Source of the DNA: Coleofasciculus sp. B1-GNL1-01
Lineage (GTDB): Bacteria > Cyanobacteriota > Cyanobacteriia > Cyanobacteriales > Coleofasciculaceae
Strand: one strand, 5' to 3'
DNA: 64,000 nt
NCBI GenBank assembly: GCA_040220235.1
Contig: JAVJTO010000044.1
The notes under the pieces were generated by a model. It saw nothing but the letters and a program-made list of their open reading frames with translations, was not told where the DNA came from and did no database searches. The stretch's first letter is position 1. Every line of letters starts with the position of its first letter. Both the position numbers and the translations under genes were made by a program. This document shows positions 61,183-64,000 of this stretch, piece by piece.

Positions 61183-61800
61183 ATGATCCAAGCCTTGCAA
61201 CCGCCGATTACGTTTGATGAGTTTATTGAGTGGCTACCAGAAACCGCTGAATGCCGCTATGAGTTACACCATGGGGTAATTGTTGAGATGCCCAAACCGA
61301 GAGGTAAGCATTCAAAGTTGTCAGGGGATTTAGCTTACAACGTAGGCACTGCAATTCGTCAGGCTTCCTTGCCCTATTTTATCCCTAAAGAATGTATTGT
61401 TCGTTCTCTGGATGGTACTTCTGGATATGAACCGGATGTCATTGTCCTAGATGAACCTGCACTGATTGATGAACCGGATTGGGAAAGTGGTTCTATCATC
61501 ACTCTGGGCAAATCGATCAAGATGATTATAGAAGTCGTTTCAAGCAACTGGCGGGATGATTACTTGATTAAGCTGGGAGAGTATGAAGCCTTGGGTATCC
61601 AGGAATATTGGATTGTGGATTATGCCGCATTGGGTGGGCGACGCTTCATTGGCAATCCCAAACAACCTACTTTAACGCTCTGTCAATTGGTAGAGGGGGA
61701 ATACGAGTTACAGCAATTTCGAGCAGGCGATCGCTTGATATCGCCCACTTTACCAAACCTAACGCTGACTATTGATCAGGTTTTGAAAGCAGCCCAGTAG
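61183..61800 (+). CDS. Uma2-family endonuclease
   Basis: TFDEF, RYELHHG, EPDV, IEVVS.NWRDDY..K..EYE.LGI.EYWIVD motifs. Confidence 0.92.
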   Translation: MIQALQPPITFDEFIEWLPETAECRYELHHGVIVEMPKPRGKHSKLSGDLAYNVGTAIRQASLPYFIPKECIVRSLDGTSGYEPDVIVLDEPALIDEPDWESGSIITLGKSIKMIIEVVSSNWRDDYLIKLGEYEALGIQEYWIVDYAALGGRRFIGNPKQPTLTLCQLVEGEYELQQFRAGDRLISPTLPNLTLTIDQVLKAAQ

Positions 61801-61904
61801 AGCGCGATCGCTCTTTTGAATACTTATTAGATTCGTCCGCCCCCATTCCTTAACGCTTACGCTATATTAAGATTAGTTAACGTTACTTAACATTATCGAG
61901 AACC

Positions 61905-62801
61905 ATGCAGGCGACCCCCGTTGCAGCAACGGCTACTATTCCTGGCATCTATTGGCAGTGGCGAGGACAGTCCATTTACTACGTCAAAGCGGGTGAGAAG
62001 CGATCGCATCATCCTCCTCTGTTACTGATCCACGGATTTGGTGCATCGACGGATCACTGGCGCAAGAATATCGCTGAACTCCAACAAGACTTTGAAGTTT
62101 GGGCAATTGACTTATTGGGGTTTGGACGATCCGCTAAACCAGACTGGCAATATAGTGGGGAGTTGTGGCGCGATCAGTTGCATGATTTTATCACTCAGGT
62201 GATTGGTCAGCCTGTGGTATTGGCAGGGAACTCCTTAGGCGGTTATTGTGCGCTATGTGTTGCAGCACAACGTCCTGATTCTGCGGCGGGAGTGGTGTTA
62301 CTCAATAGTGCAGGTCCGTTTACCGAGACGAAAGTTCCAGAGTCCGCGAATTCTGAGCGAAAGGGGTTCAAGAATATGACGCGATCGCTCTTATTGCAAC
62401 CTTGGGCGAGTTTCCTTCTGTTTCAGTACCTGCGGCGACGGGCGATCATTCGCAGAACCCTCAAGCAAGTTTATTTAGATCACAGCGCCATTACCGACCA
62501 ACTGGTAGAGGATATCTATCGCCCCTCCTGCGATCGCGGAGCGCATAAAGTCTTTGCCTCTGTCTTCAAATCGCCCCAAGGGGAAAAAATCGATGTGCTG
62601 CTTTCCCAATTACGCTGTCCCTTATTACTCTTGTGGGGAGAAGGTGATCCCTGGATGAATGCCAAACAACGGGGAGCAAAGTTCCGTCAGTATTATCCTC
62701 AACTGACAGAATACTATCTCCAAGCGGGTCATTGTCCCCATGATGAAGTTCCCGACCAAGTGAATGAACTACTACGGTCATGGGTGATTAAAAATTGCTA
62801 A
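61905..62801 (+). CDS. Alpha/beta-fold hydrolase
   Basis: HGFGAS, DLLGFGRS, GNSLGG, WGEGD and AGHCPHDE motifs. Confidence 0.92.
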   Translation: MQATPVAATATIPGIYWQWRGQSIYYVKAGEKRSHHPPLLLIHGFGASTDHWRKNIAELQQDFEVWAIDLLGFGRSAKPDWQYSGELWRDQLHDFITQVIGQPVVLAGNSLGGYCALCVAAQRPDSAAGVVLLNSAGPFTETKVPESANSERKGFKNMTRSLLLQPWASFLLFQYLRRRAIIRRTLKQVYLDHSAITDQLVEDIYRPSCDRGAHKVFASVFKSPQGEKIDVLLSQLRCPLLLLWGEGDPWMNAKQRGAKFRQYYPQLTEYYLQAGHCPHDEVPDQVNELLRSWVIKNC

Positions 62802-62984
62802 AGATTCGGACATTTTCGTACCACAACGATGTTAGGTGGAATGGCACGCTCCTTAAGCCCTGAACTAAAGTTCTCCTCTTAAAGCTCAAACCCGTTAAAA
62901 CGGGTTAAAAGCCCTTAATGTAGTAAGCTTGAGCTTACTTAAGCTTAAAGAGTGGAAAGACAAATAGCCTAGCACCGATGAGCC

Positions 62985-64000
62985 ATGATCACATCCGAAA
63001 ACCCACCCCCCCAGAATCCACCACCGCCTATTGTCACCGATCCTGGCATTCTCCAAAAAACCCTGTTTGACGATTTTATTCAATCGGTGTTGGCAAATGG
63101 CGAAATGGTCATGCCTTGTATCCCAGCATTAACCGAGTATTACATCTGGCGGATAGGGGCGCTGTTTCAGGCGATTGATTCTCGTTTTAGCCAGGAACAA
63201 TTGCAGCAAGTGGGTCAAATGATTGCCAAGAATCTGGTCGAGGGATTTCGGATTTCTCCCCATAGCAGATTGCGTCTGAAATACGAACCCTCCCAACCCA
63301 CGAATGAGGGATACAAGTTCAAAACATCAATACTGGCTGCATCAGTTGTCGAGGAGTATCAGAAATGGGTTGACTCCCGACAGCCTTTGTTGTTTGGATC
63401 TGAGCCAAATGCGAAAGTGATGCAAGTAGCGGCACAGTTTGAAGATCCGACAACGGTAACGGTGTTAGATGTCGGTGCGGGAATAGGTCGCCATACCTTG
63501 GCTTTAGCCAGACAGGGTTATTCAGTCGATGCGTTAGAGTTATCCCCAACCTTTGTTGAACGGTTAAAAAATGCCGCCTCAACTGGACAAATTAACGTTA
63601 CCGTGGGTGATATCCTTGATCCACTGGTGAGAATGCCTCTGGCGCATTATCGTTTCGCGATCGGTGTAGAAGTCATTGCTGCTCATTGTCGAGATGTTGA
63701 GCAACTGCGATTATTTTTAGTCAAAATGTGCGATGTTCTCTGTTCAGAAGGACTATTACTCTTTGCTATTTTTCTATGTCAAGACGATTACGAACCTGAT
63801 CCGTTAACTCGACAGATTTCTCAACTCCACTGGACTTCTTTCTTTACACCGCAAGACTTAGCCAGTGCTATGGAAGGATTACCCCTTCAGCTCATTTCTA
63901 ATGAATCCTTTTTAGAGTACGAACGTGAACATCAATTGTCGGAAACAGGAACATTAACCGAGCAATTCTGCAACTGGGCAACAGGGGGGAATATATTAGT
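62985..64000 (+). CDS. Class I SAM-dependent methyltransferase (runs off the window end)
   Basis: Frame read by hand from ATG 62985 through VLDVGAGIGRHTLALARQGYSVDALELSP. It is absent from the ORF track, consistent with no stop before the window end. Confidence 0.8.
   Translation, partial: MITSENPPPQNPPPPIVTDPGILQKTLFDDFIQSVLANGEMVMPCIPALTEYYIWRIGALFQAIDSRFSQEQLQQVGQMIAKNLVEGFRISPHSRLRLKYEPSQPTNEGYKFKTSILAASVVEEYQKWVDSRQPLLFGSEPNAKVMQVAAQFEDPTTVTVLDVGAGIGRHTLALARQGYSVDALELSPTFVERLKNAASTGQINVTVGDILDPLVRMPLAHYRFAIGVEVIAAHCRDVEQLRLFLVKMCDVLCSEGLLLFAIFLCQDDYEPDPLTRQISQLHWTSFFTPQDLASAMEGLPLQLISNESFLEYEREHQLSETGTLTEQFCNWATGGNIL

Overview
This is a 64 kb chromosomal segment of a cyanobacterium, probably a filamentous one: HIP1 GCGATCGC octamers are frequent, and it carries petB/petD, a split-intein dnaE-N and STRR-type heptamer repeats. 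From left to right it holds: a decayed IS4-family element; a siderophore-uptake region with Fur-like boxes (two binding proteins, an AMIN/TonB receptor, a sucrase-ferredoxin, FhuF); a GH1 glucosidase, a ScyD/E-like PEP-CTERM protein, nanE and a GT4; a Thermus/Deinococcus/archaeal-style nurA-herA-sbcD-sbcC operon in which nurA has only an ATT start and herA lacks its C-terminal part; petBD, ctpA, an M50 protease, trmFO and a CrtH-like oxidoreductase. Next come a 5'-truncated DUF4157 (eCIS-type) effector with a C-terminal nuclease, followed by a putative immunity, LRR and YbjN gene string; lysS; and an AT-rich phospholipase-D-family nuclease gene fused into a broken BrnTA module. The right end has dnaE-N with both a cis mini-intein and the split intein (preceded by tandem NrdR-like boxes), several UPF0175/DUF3368 and Uma2 genes, clpS and a NACHT-HEAT protein. 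Many small MITE/REP-like repeats occur, including a triply nested one. I found no rRNA, tRNA or CRISPR array. All family calls come from motif recognition by eye, not database searches.
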